From assembly GCA_004431415.1 (NCBI GenBank), contig QPMI01000049.1, positions 124,001 to 188,000 of the forward strand: a stretch of 64,000 nucleotides of DNA, in the 5' to 3' direction. Origin of the DNA: Cyanophora paradoxa CCMP329. Its lineage: Eukaryota > Plantae > Glaucophyta. The notes under the pieces are model-generated. The model was not told the origin of the DNA. It ran no database searches and saw nothing but the letters and a program-made list of their open reading frames with translations. Each line of letters begins with the position of its first letter. Positions within the stretch are counted from its first letter, which is position 1. The position numbers and the translations under genes are program-made. Positions 10,936 through 23,842 of the stretch are shown piece after piece.

Positions 10936-12866
10936 ATGTATCCGCCTCCGCCAGGCAAGGCCGACTACGGCGACAGCATGGGGAAGCCGTACGCTGGAGC
11001 GTCTGCCCCTCCTCCAGGATACGCTCCGATGGGCGCCTACGCCCCGGCCGGCCCGCCTCCGCCCGGGGCCCCAGGCGTCGTCGGCCCGCCCGCCGTCGCC
11101 TATCCTGTGCAGGCCGGTACGGGCGCGCCTTGGCAAACGCGCTCGCTCGCGCGGGGACCTGCTCTGAGCACGCCTAGTAGGTCCCGCAATGGCGATGCCG
11201 ATGCAAATGCCCGCCGGCACGCTCGGGATTGTCGCCGACGGGCCCGTCCTCTCCCCCGCATTCGTGCGAGCCCCGCGCGCTAGTTCGCCAGCCATCTAGC
11301 TAGCTCTAGATCTAGATCTATCTCTCCGCGATGCGCCTTGCCGCGTTCCTCCGAGGCTCACCGCCGCTACGCGCCTCAGGTCTTCAACTTTCCCTTCCGG
11401 TGGGTCATCACGGTGCGCGGCTCGTCTCCTGCGTTGGCGCCGGCGCCCGTCCCGAGCCACTGAGTCTGCCCCCTCAGGACGACCTCTTCTCCGGGCGTGG
11501 CGCTGCCGCCACCATCAAGGACGCCTCGGGGCAGGACATCCTCCGCGGTCCGCGCTGGCTGCCGAACCCGGAACGGGCGTGCCCGCGACCGGATTTGATC
11601 CCATGCGACTGCAGGCGCGGGGAAGTGGGTGAGCTTCCACGACGACACAACCTTCTACGACATGCAGGGCAACAAGGTCCGCCGCCCCGGGCCGCTCTGC
11701 ATCGACGGAGCTCGACCCCACCAACAAGCGCGTTCTGACGCGCTTGTCGCGAAGGTCTGCCGCCTTATGAACCGTGCGCGCCTCTTTCCTTCAGCCCGGC
11801 CCGCGGCCACGCCCCGCCCCTCGCTCAGCGCCTTCCCCCCCGCCCCGTCCCCCCCCAACACCCCCCCCCCCCCCCCCCCTCCCCAACCAACCCCTTTCCC
11901 ATTTCCCCTCCCCAGGCATCCTGACGGGCGCGTCGACGTACAAGGTGACCCCTACCCCCTCCCCCTGCCCCGCCCCTCCCCCCTTCCTCTCATTCCTCTG
12001 CATCTCATCCGCTGCGCGGCAGATCATCAACGCCCAGGACAAGACCGTCATGGTCCAGCGCAGGGAGATCCTCAACTGGCCCGGGTACGGCGTTCGCGCT
12101 CGCGCTCGCGTTCGCGCGCGGCCGCGCGGGGAGGGGTACCGCGTCGACGCTCGACCTTCCTCCCCCCGGGCAGGACGTGGACGTCGAAGGTGTTCCGCGG
12201 GAACCCCCACTTCAGTGCGCCCTCACCGCGGCGCTCCTCACCCCCTTCCTCGCGGCGCCGCTCGCCATCTGACCGCGCCCCTTGTCCTCAGACATCTTCG
12301 GGAACCCCGAGGTCCACCTACCCCCCCCCCCTTCTCACTCCCCCTCCTTCTTCTCCCCCCCCTCCGACCGCGCGGCGCAGTTCCCGACGGCCTACCCCGA
12401 GATCTACCGCGTGCGTGGCGCCCCGTCTACCCCCCACCGCTCCTTCAGCAGAGACTCACTTGTCCCTCCCCCCTGCAGGTCACCGGCCTCTCCCCGGCAA
12501 CAGCTTCAACGTAGCCCCCCGTTCCCCCCCCCCCCTCTCCCCCCATCCCCCCACCCCCCTCCTCCCCCACTTGCTCTTAACGCCTGCTCCCCGCTCGGCG
12601 CCGCAGATCAAGAACGCGGTGACGCAGGCGACCGTCGCGACCGTCAACAAGTCCCTCTTCTTTAACACCGCCGACAACGTGCGCGACCTCACCTGAGGCC
12701 GATCGCGGGGCCCGGGGCCCGGCCGCGCCCTCGCCTGAGCTCGCTCTCCCCCCTCCCCCCCAACACCTGGCAGGCCACGGTGCTGGAGTGCGCGCCGGGC
12801 GTGGACGCCCTCCTCATGCTCATGATCGCGATTGTGGTCGCGCACGAGACGCGCAAGAAGAGGTAA
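10936..12866 (+). CDS. LURP-one-related / tubby C-terminal-like (scramblase-fold) protein with a Pro/Tyr-rich N-terminus
   Basis: MYPPPPG...PPPGY N-terminus, then DDLFSGRGAAATIKDASGQDILR, SFHDDTTFYDMQGNKV, IKNAVTQATVATVNK, and a terminal helix LECAPGVDALLMLMIAIVV typical of LOR/tubby_C2 proteins. Confidence 0.7.
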
Positions 12867-13024
12867 ACTCGAGCCCGGCGGGGCGCGGCGCCAGCCAGCG
12901 GCCAGCACCCGGCCGGGCGGCTGAGCGAGCGCGGCCGGCGCGTGCGCGCGCAGGGGCGTTTGGTGCGGCTGAGCCCCGCGGCTCGTCCGCCTTGGGCTCG
13001 CCACGCCGATCACAGATGCCTTGT

Positions 13025-14128
13025 CTCATGATCAGTGACTCCCAGTGATGCCTTGAAGCCTTGAAGATTTCGTTTTTCTTTGCTTTAGTATGTTACAGAT
13101 TGCTGCAGTGCACGAATTTCATCAGCGAAGTCATGATCAGCTGCAGTTCGCCCAGTGGGGCGCCGCGGCGGGCCGGGCCAGATCTGTCTCGAGCCCCCTC
13201 TCGCGATCAAGGTTCCGGGGATCCGCCCGGCGGCCCGTGCATCAGAGCCTTGAACTTCGGAAGGTGTCCCCGGTACCCTAGTACCGGTTCTACTTCATTT
13301 TAGCGGAGCCTCATGATCAGGGCCTGGGGAGCCTCGGGTCGACGTCAACGTCGCATGGCATGGCGGGGGCGGGCCGCATGCGCATGCCGCACTGCGGCAG
13401 TGCCATAATGCCACCAGTCACTGAGTACTAATGATCAGTGACTGAGCCGCGACTCATGCCAAGCCCGGGGCCTTGTACGTGAGCCCAAGGCCCCCCCAGG
13501 GGGCCCGGGGCCCGGGGCGCGGCCCGTGTCATGGCATGGTGGCTGATCATGATGGCATCATGCGATGATGCATGATGGGCATTATCATGACTCATGATCA
13601 GTGACTCGGGAGGCATCAATCGGGCAAGCGGGCAATTGCAAGCGGGCCCGGGGCCCGGGGCTTGGCCCCAGATCATGACCCACGTGGGTAACTGCGCATG
13701 CCGCGGTGCCACCGTGGCACTGCGGCCACGTTGGACTGGCCATGGGCCCGGCCGCCGGGGCTATCCGATGATCATGATCATAGTATCATAGTATCATCAT
13801 GGCATTTATAATTAGTGCACAACTTTGCCAGCAAGTTGGCAAGCCACTGGGGGGCCACCCGCTGATCATGATCATGATCTGCATCGGACCCGGGACGAAA
13901 CTGGCAGCCGCTGAGCGCTCAGCGGCTAGCGCTCGCAATTTAAACTTCCGAGTTCACTGCGACCCGTGCCACGGTGCCCCTCGCATCGATATCACTGCGA
14001 TCCAAACTTCACTGGTCGATCCCGCCGCGGGTCCCTCGCGAGGCCCTCACAAGCCCTCTGGCTCTGCGAATCTTTCAAGTTTTGAATCTCAACTTACTTG
14101 TCCCGAGTTTGTTTTCACTGATCATGAG
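13025..14128. repeat. Palindrome-rich repetitive intergenic segment, possibly a non-autonomous TIR element
   Basis: CTCATGATCAGTGA at 13025 and its reverse complement at 14115-14128, flanked by TTGT on both sides; an internal copy at 13591; dense TCATGA/GGGCCC/GCATGC words. Confidence 0.4.
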
Positions 14129-14166
14129 TTGTCACAGTGTGCAGGCAGAAGATGGCACCCATGCCC

Positions 14167-17100
14167 CTACGGCGGGCCCGGCCCCGGCGGGGCGGGGGGC
14201 AGGGCCCACATGCGGACCGCCTTGTCCGCCCCCCCCGAGACGAGGGTCTCCCCCCCGGGCATGAAAGCCAGCGCCGAGGGGGCGGCCGTGTGGGCCCCCA
14301 CCAGCAGGGGCGCGGGCGGCGCCGGGCCGGCCCCGGTCGGCTCCTGCCACAGCTGCGCCCAGACGCTCCCGTCCGCCGCGCACCACGCCACGCGGCGCCC
14401 GTCCTGCGCGGGCCGTCTGAGCAGGGGAGGGGGAGGGGTACCCGTCAGAGAGGCAGAAAGGGAGGGGTACCGGGGAGGCGGCGACGGCGGTGACCCTCCG
14501 GCCCCCGGGGTCCTCGTCGGGCCCCGGGGCGGCCCGCGCCGGCGTCGGTGCGCCGAAGGGCCCGCCGGGGGGCGCGCGGCGGGCGGCCCACACGGATCCG
14601 TCGCGCCGCGCCCACACGAGGAGATCCCCGGTCTGGTCAGAGATAATTCACAAATCAGAGAGCGGAGGTCCAAAGAAGAGGACGGGAAGGAGCAGGGCGC
14701 ACGGCGGAGAGGGCGAGGGCGCAGCAGGCCGAGGCCTCGGGCGCCTCCAGGTGCCGCCAGGAGGGGTAGGGCCCGTCCGCCTGCTCCGGGGGGGCGGGGT
14801 CGGCGACGCAGGCGGACCTCAGAGACGGGGCGGGGGCGGGGGCAGCACAGGGGCGCACGCTGGAGCGGAGGGCGATGCCGCCCCCGGAGACCGCCATCGC
14901 CACCGTCGTGCTGCTGCCCCTCTGCCGCGAGAGAGGCGAGGCGGGTCGTCAAAGGCGGAGCAAGAGAGGGGGGAAAGAGATAGAGAGGGCGGGCCACCTG
15001 GGCGAGCGCCACGAGGGGCGGGTCGGCGGGGGGGAAGGCGTCGGGCGGGGCGGCGTCCACCACCGCGCCCTGCGCGCGCAGGCGTCAGGGTGGCGGGAAG
15101 CGGAGGAGGAGGAGGAGGAGGGGCGCGCCGCGGAGCCCGAGGCGGCGTCCCACGCGCCGACGCCGCCGCCGTCGCGCAGCGCCACAAAGAGGTGCGCCCC
15201 CTGCGGCGCGCCCTCAGAAAAGTGGGTTGGGGGTGGGGGGGTGGGGTGGGGGGGTGGCTTCGTTCGCACGTGGAAGGCGATGGCGGCGGGGGGCCCCGGG
15301 GCCTGCAGGGAGGAGTCCGGGGCGCCCGTGGGGGCGGCCCAGAGCCGCACGGGCGCGCCGGCGGCGGCGGCGGCGGTGGCGAGCTTGGAGGCGTCGCGGG
15401 AGAAGGCGAGGGCGACGACGGGCTCCCTGTGCGCCGGCGCGCGCCAGAGCTGCCGCGGGGGCGACGTGAGATCGCAAGAGCGCTTAGCCCACGAACAAGA
15501 AGAAGCGTGTGGAACATAGACGGCTGTCAGGAAGCTTTAGGAACTTGGGAAGCTTTAGAGACCCGGAGAGCTATGCAGAGAGCATAGACGAACAAGACGA
15601 AGCTTGTAGAACATAGACGGCTGCCAGAGCATAGAAGTGCGAGGTGGCGGGGAAGCTATTAGAGAGCTAGCTTCGGAAGATGAAGATGCTTAGAGAGCTT
15701 AGAAAGCTTAAGGCTTAAACTAGACGCTCTTCACCTCCTGCCCAGCGGGGAGCTCCCAGACGACGAGGAGCCCCGCGGCGTCGGCCGAGGCGACGGCCGC
15801 GCCGTCCGGCGAGGCGGCGACGGCGAGGACTGGCTTGGCGTGCGCCCGGAGCGTCCGGATCAGGAACGGCGGCACCGGCGCCGAGGCCGCCGAGGCGGCT
15901 GCTGGCGCAGCTGACAGCGGCGGCGGCGGCGCGGCGGTCGGGGCGGGTTGCGGCGGGGCGGGGGCGGGAGGCGGGGCGGGGCTGGGGCGGGGCCGGGAGA
16001 GGGGCGGAAGCAAAGGCGGTGGCAGAAGGGAAGGCGGGGGCGGGGTGCGCGGGGAACGGGGCGGGCGGGGCGCCGGCAGGGAGGGGGCCGAGAGGGGGCG
16101 CGCCGGGTCCGGGCGGGGCGGCGGGCGGGGGCCCGAGGACCGGGTGATGAAGGGGTCCAGTGTAGACGGCTGGAGGGACGCGTGAGCGCGACTGAGACCG
16201 GCGGGCTGTGCGCGCGCGGCCGCACCGCCGAAGGTCCGGGGGATGGAGCCGGGGGGCGGCAGCGGGCCGGGGTGGGGCGGCGGCGACGGGACCGGGAAGG
16301 AGACCCCTGGGGGCTGGAGCGGAGTCAGGAGCTCGACTGAGATGCCCGGCGAAGGGTCGGGGTACAGCACGCACGCCGGTATACACGGGAATGGAGACGG
16401 GGGGGCCGGGGGCGGGGCTTGGGCCCCTGGGGGGAGCCTGCGAAGGGTACCACTCAGGCACGGGGAGGGTGGGAGGGTACGGCTTTCACGCACGGAGGGG
16501 GCTCTGGGCTTGGGCTGCAGATCGAGAGGCATAGTGGCGAAGGGGGTGCTGGGGCGTCCGGGCTGGGCGGGGGGCGATTGCCGGGGCGGGGGCACGGCGG
16601 GGGGCGCGGGGGCGCTGGAAGGGGCGGCTGGGGCGGAGGGGACGGGGCGGGGCTGCTTTGGGGAGGGTACGGCTGATGCTGCGTTTGGGGAGACGGCTGA
16701 GGTCCCGCACCCGGCGGGCGCTGCGGCTCCTGTGCGGAGGGCGCGGGGAAGAAGGGCGGCCCGGGATCGGGGGGCGCCGGGGGCGGGAGGGGCACGGAAG
16801 GCAGGACCATGGGCGCCGGCCCCGGCCTCCTCCTCGCGGGCTGCGCGTCGGGAACGGTTTCACGAGCCGCGCGCCCGCGGGCGCCGCGGGCGTGGGCGCC
16901 GGCGCCGGCGCCGGCGCCGGCCTGCTTCTTCTTCTTCTTGGCGGGGCGGGAGGACAGGGACGAGGAGGCCGCGTGCTGGTCGCGGTGCCCGGAGGGTACG
17001 CTGAAATCGTAGGGGGAGGGAATGGGCGGCCCGAGCGCCGCGTCGACGGGCAGGAGCTCGTTGCGGCCCAGCGGGGCGATCGCGTGGATGGGCGCCTCCT

Positions 17101-17716
17101 GGGCCGGCGGCTCGGGGCCCCGCGGGACGGTTCCGGAGAGCGCGTACGAGTGGACGCAGGCGCTGCGCGGCACGGGGACCTCGATGCGCTCGCGCTCGCC
17201 GGAGTTCCGCTCGAAGGTGGCCTCCGGCGGGAACCCCGAGCGCGCGTGCCGCTCCCGCTTGTAAGCGAGCTCCTTCGCGATCTCCAGCCGAAGCAGCTCG
17301 AAATCCTGCGCCGCCGCGGCCGCGTGCGGCTCGGTGCGGGGAAGCGGGGGAAGCGCGGGAGGGAGGCCATGGGTTCGGCCGCGCCGCGCACCTTCGGGAG
17401 CGATTGGTTGTCGGCGTGGCGTGCGAGCATCATCAGATTGGCGTGCAGCTTGTCCTGTATCCTGCGCCGCGGCGGTCGCAAACAGAAGGAGCGCTACCGT
17501 CGCCGGCCGACGCGGCGCGGCGCACTTGACCGCGTCGGCGATGCGACCGAGCGTAGCGTTCTCTACGATTGCCTGAATGTACGCCTGGTTCTCATCGAGG
17601 TACTGCCGCGGGAGTGAGCGCGCGCCGCCCCCGGCCGCGCCGCCGGCCCGCGAGCGATGCAGACGCACGCGCTGTATGCCCAGGGAGTCCAGGCGCGGGT
17701 TCTCGTACGCCTGCAT
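14167..17716 (-). CDS. SSXT (SS18/GIF) domain + basic NLS + Pro-rich linker + C-terminal WD40 repeats, probably one gene
   Basis: Spliced IQR|YLDENQAYIQAIVENATLGRIADAVK|IQDKLHANLMMLARHAD (SSXT); KKKKK; WD40 repeats LRAHAKPVLAVAASPDGAAVASADAAGLLVVWE and GAHTAAPSALAFMPGGETLVSGGADKAVRMW. The frame through the C-rich linker is not fully resolved. Confidence 0.65.
15492..15627. repeat. Intronic imperfect direct repeat (about 39 bp x2) within an AAGCTT/AGAGCT-rich intron
   Basis: CGAACAAGAAGAAGCGTGTGGAACATAGACGGCTGTCAG versus CGAACAAGACGAAGCTTGTAGAACATAGACGGCTGCCAG. Confidence 0.75.
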
Positions 17717-17794
17717 CGCCCGGCCGGCGCCGCGGCTTGGCGGACTCGTACGCCGTACCCTGGTACTGGCAAGTCAGAGCCAAGTCTTCTCAAG

Positions 17795-20750
17795 ATGCAG
17801 CGGCTGCCCCCGCTGGACGGGTCCAGGCGGACGCCTGGGCCCGAGCTGGAGCCGATCCCCGCTCGTCTGCAGCCGCTGCCCGTGCTGCGAGGCCCTGGCG
17901 AGCGAACTGCGAGCCCGCAGGCCGCAGACCCCCAGCCAAGCCTCAGGCAGCCTAGGGAGGCGCCTGAGCCGAGAATAGTTGCGGTTGCATCGCCGCCGGG
18001 CCTTAGCCCGCAGCAGGATGACGAGCCCTCGGATGCGCTCCTGGAGCAGTTCGCGGCCGCCTCGCGCACCTACGTGGAGCTCCACAACCGGCTGTACGTG
18101 CTAGAAAACGTAGGAAGCGCAGCCTTCAGGCCCGACCTGTCCGCCAGCATCGCGGCCGGTGCGCTTAATCTATCTTGGAAGCGGCGCTCCGCCGACCGAC
18201 CGACCGCCCGCGCAGCTGCGGACAAATGGCTGGACCCGGAGTCTGCGAGGCTGGTGAGGACCTACGAGAGGGCGCGGCAGGCGCTCGTTGCGCACGCGCG
18301 GCGGCGGCTCGACGCCGAGCGGCAGCGGGAAGTGGAAGCGCTCGCGGCGGTCGAGCCGAGCGCACGCGCGCTCGCCCCGCACTTCGGCTGGTGGTGCGCA
18401 GCCTCGGCTCCGGATCTCCCGCCCCGCCCGCGCCGACTTGCGCCCGCGCAGGGAGCGGCACGAGGCGCTGCGAGACCGCTACGCGCGCGCCCTCGGCGGC
18501 GGCGGCCTCGGGAGCGAGCTCGCGGCTCACTCGGCGTGGCACGCGGCGCTGCAGCGCGCGGCCGGCGCTGCGGCGGCGGCGGCTCTCGGGCGGCTGCTGC
18601 CGCTCGCGCAGCAGGAGCCCGACGCCTCGCCGGCCCTCGCCGCCGCCCTGGACGAGGCTTGGGCCCTCTGCGCCGCCTCCGGGGCGCCGAATTGGCCCCA
18701 CCCGCCGCCTGCACGCTCTGCCGCGCCCACGCCCGCGCCGCCGCCGCCCGCGCCTCGGCCCCGGGATCGCCGGCCGCGGCGGCCGCCGCCGGCGACGCGG
18801 CCGTGGCGGCGCTGGATAGCCGGACCGGCGGCGTCGGCGCCGGCTCGCTCCTCCAGCTGCTCGCCGGCGCGCGGGCGTCATTCTACGGCCGCGGCCGCGG
18901 GCCCCGCGACCTCGTACCCCTCGCCCGCGGCATCGCCGCCGAGGCGGGCCGCCTCCTCGAGCTCTGTACCTCCTTCGCCGCGGCCGCCGCCGCCCCTGGC
19001 GCCCTCCGCTCGCTCGTCCGCCTCCCGTCCAGGACCCTCGCCGCCGCCGCCCGCGGTCCCCTCCCGCCCCGTACCCCCGCCGAACTCCTCCGTTCCGCCT
19101 TCCTCGCCCTCCTCTTCGACTCGTGCGCTGTACCCCTCCCCATCCGTCGGGTCCGCGTGCCGGTACCCCCCTGACCACCGCCCCGCGCAGGATCGCGCGC
19201 CTGTGCTTCCGGCCCCTCCGGCATCTCGCGCTCTCCAACCCGGCCGCCTCCGCAGCCGCCGCCTCCCTCGCCGGTCCGTCCGTCCGCGCGCGCTTCGCTT
19301 GCCCGCTCAGCTTAGTGACTCTCCTCCCCGCGCAGCGTCGCTGCAGGCGGGCGGCGAGGACGAGCTGGGCCGGTGGGCGGCGGCCTTCTGGGCGCCCCGC
19401 CTCTCCCCCTTCGCCTCGGACCTCTCGGCCGCGCGCCTCGCCGCCGCCGCCGCCCGCGCCCGCCCCAAGGAGCGCCTCACGCCGCCGGCCCCGGCGGCGG
19501 AGGCGGGCCCCTCCGGCGCGGCGGCGGCGGCCCAGCCGCCCCCGCCCTACCTCTCCTCCGTGGCCGACTTCGCGCGCCGCGCCGTCCTCGCGGCCGCCGC
19601 CGCCCTCGCTGCCGGCGCGGGGCCCGAGGCGGCGTCGTCCGCGGCCGCCGCCGCGGGGGCGTACGCGAACTGGGCGGCGCACCAGGCGGCGCTGTACCCC
19701 GCCTCGCGCACGCTGCAGCAGCTGACGGTGCTCCACTCGGACGCCCTCGCCGTCCGGGAGGCCCTGCGGCCCCCCGGCGGCCCCGGCCCGGCCCCGACGC
19801 CGCCGGCGCCGGCGTCGGCTCCGCGACCTTGGCTTCGGCTGCGGGGGTCCTGGCCCCGCGCCTGGCGCCGCCGGCGGCCGCGCTGGACGCTCTGCTGGAC
19901 CGCCTGGGCGCCCTCCTCCCCTCCGAGTGCGCCGCTGCAGCGACGCCCGCACCCCTCGAGACGAGGCTCGAGCTGAGCTGACGCCCTCCGCAGGTTCGCG
20001 CGGCGCTGCGAGGAGCTCTGCCGCCAGACGCGGGGGCGGGCGTGGCACCCGCGGGGCGAGCCGGCCGGCCCCTCGCGGGCCATGGCCGACGCCGTCTCGC
20101 AGATGCTGCGGCCGGCCGCCGAGCTCCTGGGGCGCCTCTCGCCGCCCCTGCGCGCCTACCTCCTCCCCGCCTTCGTGGCCGCGCTGCTCCGCGGCTACGT
20201 GCGGCGGCTCCTCGCCGGCGTCCGCATCAACTCGCGCGGCGTGCGGCAGATGGAGCTGGACCTCGCCGCCCTCCGCGCCGCCGCCGCCGAGATCGCCGCG
20301 GCGCTCCCGGCCCCCGAGGCCAACGCCCTCCTCGCCCTCCCCGCCTACTCCCGCCTCGAGGCCGCCATCGCCCTCCTCCGGGCCAAGCGCCTCCCCGGCG
20401 CCAAGCTCGCCCCCAGCTCCGCGCCCTCCTCGCCGCCCCCCAAGCCCCGCGGGGCCGGCGGCGGCGGCTCGCGGGTCGCGCCCCTGGAGGAGAACGAGGC
20501 GCTGCTGCCCATCCCCTCCTCCGAGGCGGGCGGCCCCGAGGCGGGCGGCGGCGGAGGCGTCCCCGCGGACGAGGCGGAGGCGTGGCTGGCGCTGCGCACG
20601 CGCCGCCGCCGCCTGCGCGCCCGCCTCCTCGCCAAGCTCCGCATCCGCGGCGCCCCGCCCACGCCCCGCCTCGCCGGCTTCTCCGCCCCGCCCTCCCCCT
20701 GGTCCCCCTCCCGCACGCCCCTCTCCCCCTCCCGCCCCAAGCAGTGGTAG
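17795..20750 (+). CDS. CCDC142-like helical protein
   Basis: C-terminal GVRINSRGVRQMELDLAALR...LLALPAYSRLEAAIALL...EAEAWLALR parallels the recalled CCDC142 pattern (IRFSLQGALQLKQDF...IFQQLDGALLCLL...QAWLALR). Multi-exon and Ala-rich. Confidence 0.6.
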
Positions 20751-20859
20751 CGACACGTCGCTTCGAAAAATTCATCTAATAGTAATAATTCGCGGCGAAG
20801 AACATGGACAACAGCATCGTGTACTAGGGATCTGGTTACGGTCTCGGGCCTCTTCAAAT

Positions 20860-22980
20860 TTACTTGCCCTTGGAGGCCTTCTGCTTGAGGGAGCCTTCCC
20901 GGTCCTTCTTGGTGAGGCGGATGGAGAGGGGGGTCACCTCGACGAGCTCGTCGTCGTTGATGTACTCGATCGCGTCGTCTGCGGGCACGCAGTGTCAGCT
21001 AAGCTCGCGGCACCTCGCTTCTTCTAGCTCGGCGCGCGCACCAAGGGACATCTTGAGGGGCTCGGCGAGCTGGATGCCCTCCTCCTTGTTCGAGGAGCGG
21101 ATGTTGTTGACGGCCTTCTTGCGGCACGCGTTGAGCGGCAGGTCGCCCGGGCGCTGGTGCACGCCGATGAGCATCCCCAGGTACACTGCGGGGGGGACAG
21201 GTCAGATCAGATCAGAAGGAATCTGATCGGAGCCGAGCGGACCGTCGATGCCGGGGACGACGAAGAGCTGGCCGCGCTCCTGGCACCTCTCGAGGGCGTA
21301 GGGCGTCGTGGCGCCCGTCTCCATCGAGATCAGGCTCCCCTGCTGCCTCCGCTCGAGGTCGCCGGCGAGCGGCTGGTACGAGTTGAAGAGGCTGTTGAGC
21401 ACGGCCGTGCCGCGCGTCGCCGTGAGGAGCGTGTTGCGGAGGCCGAGGAGGCCGCGGGTGGGCATGATGTAGTGGAGGAAGGTGATGTTCCCCGTGGCGC
21501 CGGCGTGCATGTTGGCCATCTGGCCGCGGCGGCGGCCGAGGAGGTCGACGACGGCGCCGACGTGCTCCTCGGGGACCTCGACGTACACGTCCTCGAAGGG
21601 CTCGTTCATCTCGCCGTCGATCTCGCGGTTGATGACGCGGGGCGCGCCCACCATGAACTCGTACCCCTCGCGCCGCATCGTCTCGATGAGGATGGCGAGG
21701 TGGAGCGAGCCGCGGCCGGAGACGAGGAACGTGTCGGACGACTCGGTCTCCTCGACGCGGAGCGAGACGTTGCGCTCGAGCTCCTTGAAGAGGCGGTCGC
21801 GGACCATGCGCGAGGTGACGAACTTGCCCTCGCGCCCGGCGAAGGGGCTCGTGTTGACGGAGAACTCCATGCGCACGGTCGGCTCCTCGACCTCGATCGG
21901 CTTGAGGAAGTTGGGCGCGTCCCGGTCGCAGAGCGTCTCGCCGATCTGAGAGGGAAAGAGGGCCTCAGCCGAGGCGGGCGAGGGGGGTGCGCCGCGCCCG
22001 AGCTCGGGGCCCCGCGCGCGCGCACCGAGATGTCGTCGATGCCGCAGATGGCGACGATCTCGCCGGCGTCGGCCGAGTCGGCGGTCGTGCGGCCCAGGTT
22101 CTCGAAGACGAAGAGCTCGTTGATCTTGCCCTTCTTGCCCTCCGTCCCCGGCACGCCGTACACGATCTCGCGGCCCTTCGCGATGGTCCCCGAGCGCACG
22201 CGCCTGCCGGAGGAAGCGCGCGCGTCAGCGGGCGGGCGGGCGGGCGGAGTTATAGGCAGAAGAGCAAGCGGGCGGGCGGACCCGATGGCGATGCGGCCCT
22301 TGTGCTCGTCGTAGTCGAGGGAGGTGACCATCATCTGAAGGGGCCCGTCGACGACGACCTTGGGCGCCGGGAGGCCCTTGATCGCCTCGAAGAGGGGCGC
22401 CAGGTCGTCCGCGAGGGCGTCCGGGGCCATGCCGGCCTTGCCCGCGAGGCCAATGCAGTACACTGCGGCGCCGGCGCGGCTCCGCGGTCGGCGGCGCCCG
22501 GCGTGGCTCTGGTCCGGACCCGGGCCCGGGCCCGCGCACCGGTCTCGAAGTCGGCCTGCTCGTCGGTGGCGCCGAGATCCACGAAGAGGTCGAAGGTCGT
22601 GTTGACGACGTGCTCGGGGCGCGACATCGGGCGGTCCACCTTGTTGATCACAAGCACGACCCTGCGGGCCCCCGGCCTCAGCGGCTGCGCACGCGCGAGC
22701 GCGAGGAGCGTGGGCTTCGCGGCGCACTTGAGGTCGAGCTCGAGAGCCTTGCGGAGCACGAAGCGGGTCTGGGGCATGGGGCCCTCGACGGCGTCGACGA
22801 GGAGCAGCACGCCGTCGACCATGTTCAGGATGCGCTCGACCTGCGCGGAACGCAGGTAAGCGAAACGCATAGAGCGAGGCGCGCGTGCGGAGATCGCGGC
22901 CCGTACGCGCCTCGCCGCCGAAGTCAGCGTGCCCGGGTGTGTCGAGGATGTTGATCTTGAGGCCGTCGTAGCGGATGGCG

Positions 22981-23015
<35 letters not shown>

Positions 23016-23581
23016 CTCGAGGGCATTGCTGTCCATGACGCGCTCCTGCATCACCTGCGCGCACGGGCGTGAGGGGGTGGCTGCCCCCGGGCCCAGGGGG
23101 CACTCGCACCTGGTTGTCGCGAAAGACTCGCGACTGCTTCAGCATAGCATCGACAAGGGTGGTCTTGCCGTGGTCGACGTGAGCGATGATGGCGATGTTG
23201 CGCATGCCCTCCTTCGAGACGAGCTTGTCGAGACCTGGTGGAAAAATCGGGGGGCGGGTCAGGCGGGGCGCGTATGACGCGAATTCCAGACTAAAAATGC
23301 TTACCCTCAGCGGCATCAGCGGCGCGTTCGGCAACCGCGCCCTCCGGGGCTTGGCACACCGGGCCGCGCACGCGGACATCGGGCGATCCGAGGAACGTGC
23401 GCTGCGCATCGGTCGCCCGGAAGGGCGAAGCGACTGTAGTGCCGAAAACCTCGCTTTTGAGAGAGACCTGACGCTGCGCGCGCGCCGGACCAACAGTCGA
23501 GCACTTGCCCGAGGCTGTCTGAGCGGCACGGGGGGCGCCTGCCACGAGGGGGGCAGCAGCCACGAAGGCTGCGGGGTTCAT
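20860..23581 (-). CDS. typA: Plastid-targeted translational GTPase TypA/BipA (SVR3-like)
   Basis: [57 protein letters not shown]|[42 protein letters not shown]. Transit peptide [11 protein letters not shown]...; GC-AG intron 22841-22910. Confidence 0.96.
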
Positions 23582-23842
23582 ATTGCTGCTGGCAGGGCTG
23601 CGTGAAGGCCTCGGGGCGAACGATGCTTTGTCGGCGATATCGCCGCGAACTGGTACCCCGTTCGGCCGCGTTGCAAGTTGGCCCGCACTGTCACCACGAG
23701 CTCGAGCAAACGCGAGCGCTAGCGCATCCTCCAACGAGCGAGAGGTCGGGGACGCGTTACCGCGCGAGGTCACACGGCGTGGCGCCTGCACCAGTTGACA
23801 GTGTTACGTACCCCGGCTCGTCTGCTCGCCGCAAGAAGCGCA

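Noticed and set aside
13799-21027. Many long Arg/Gly/Pro/Ala-rich overlapping ORFs
   Set aside because: Expected from stop-codon scarcity at very high GC; the real genes are explained by spliced models.
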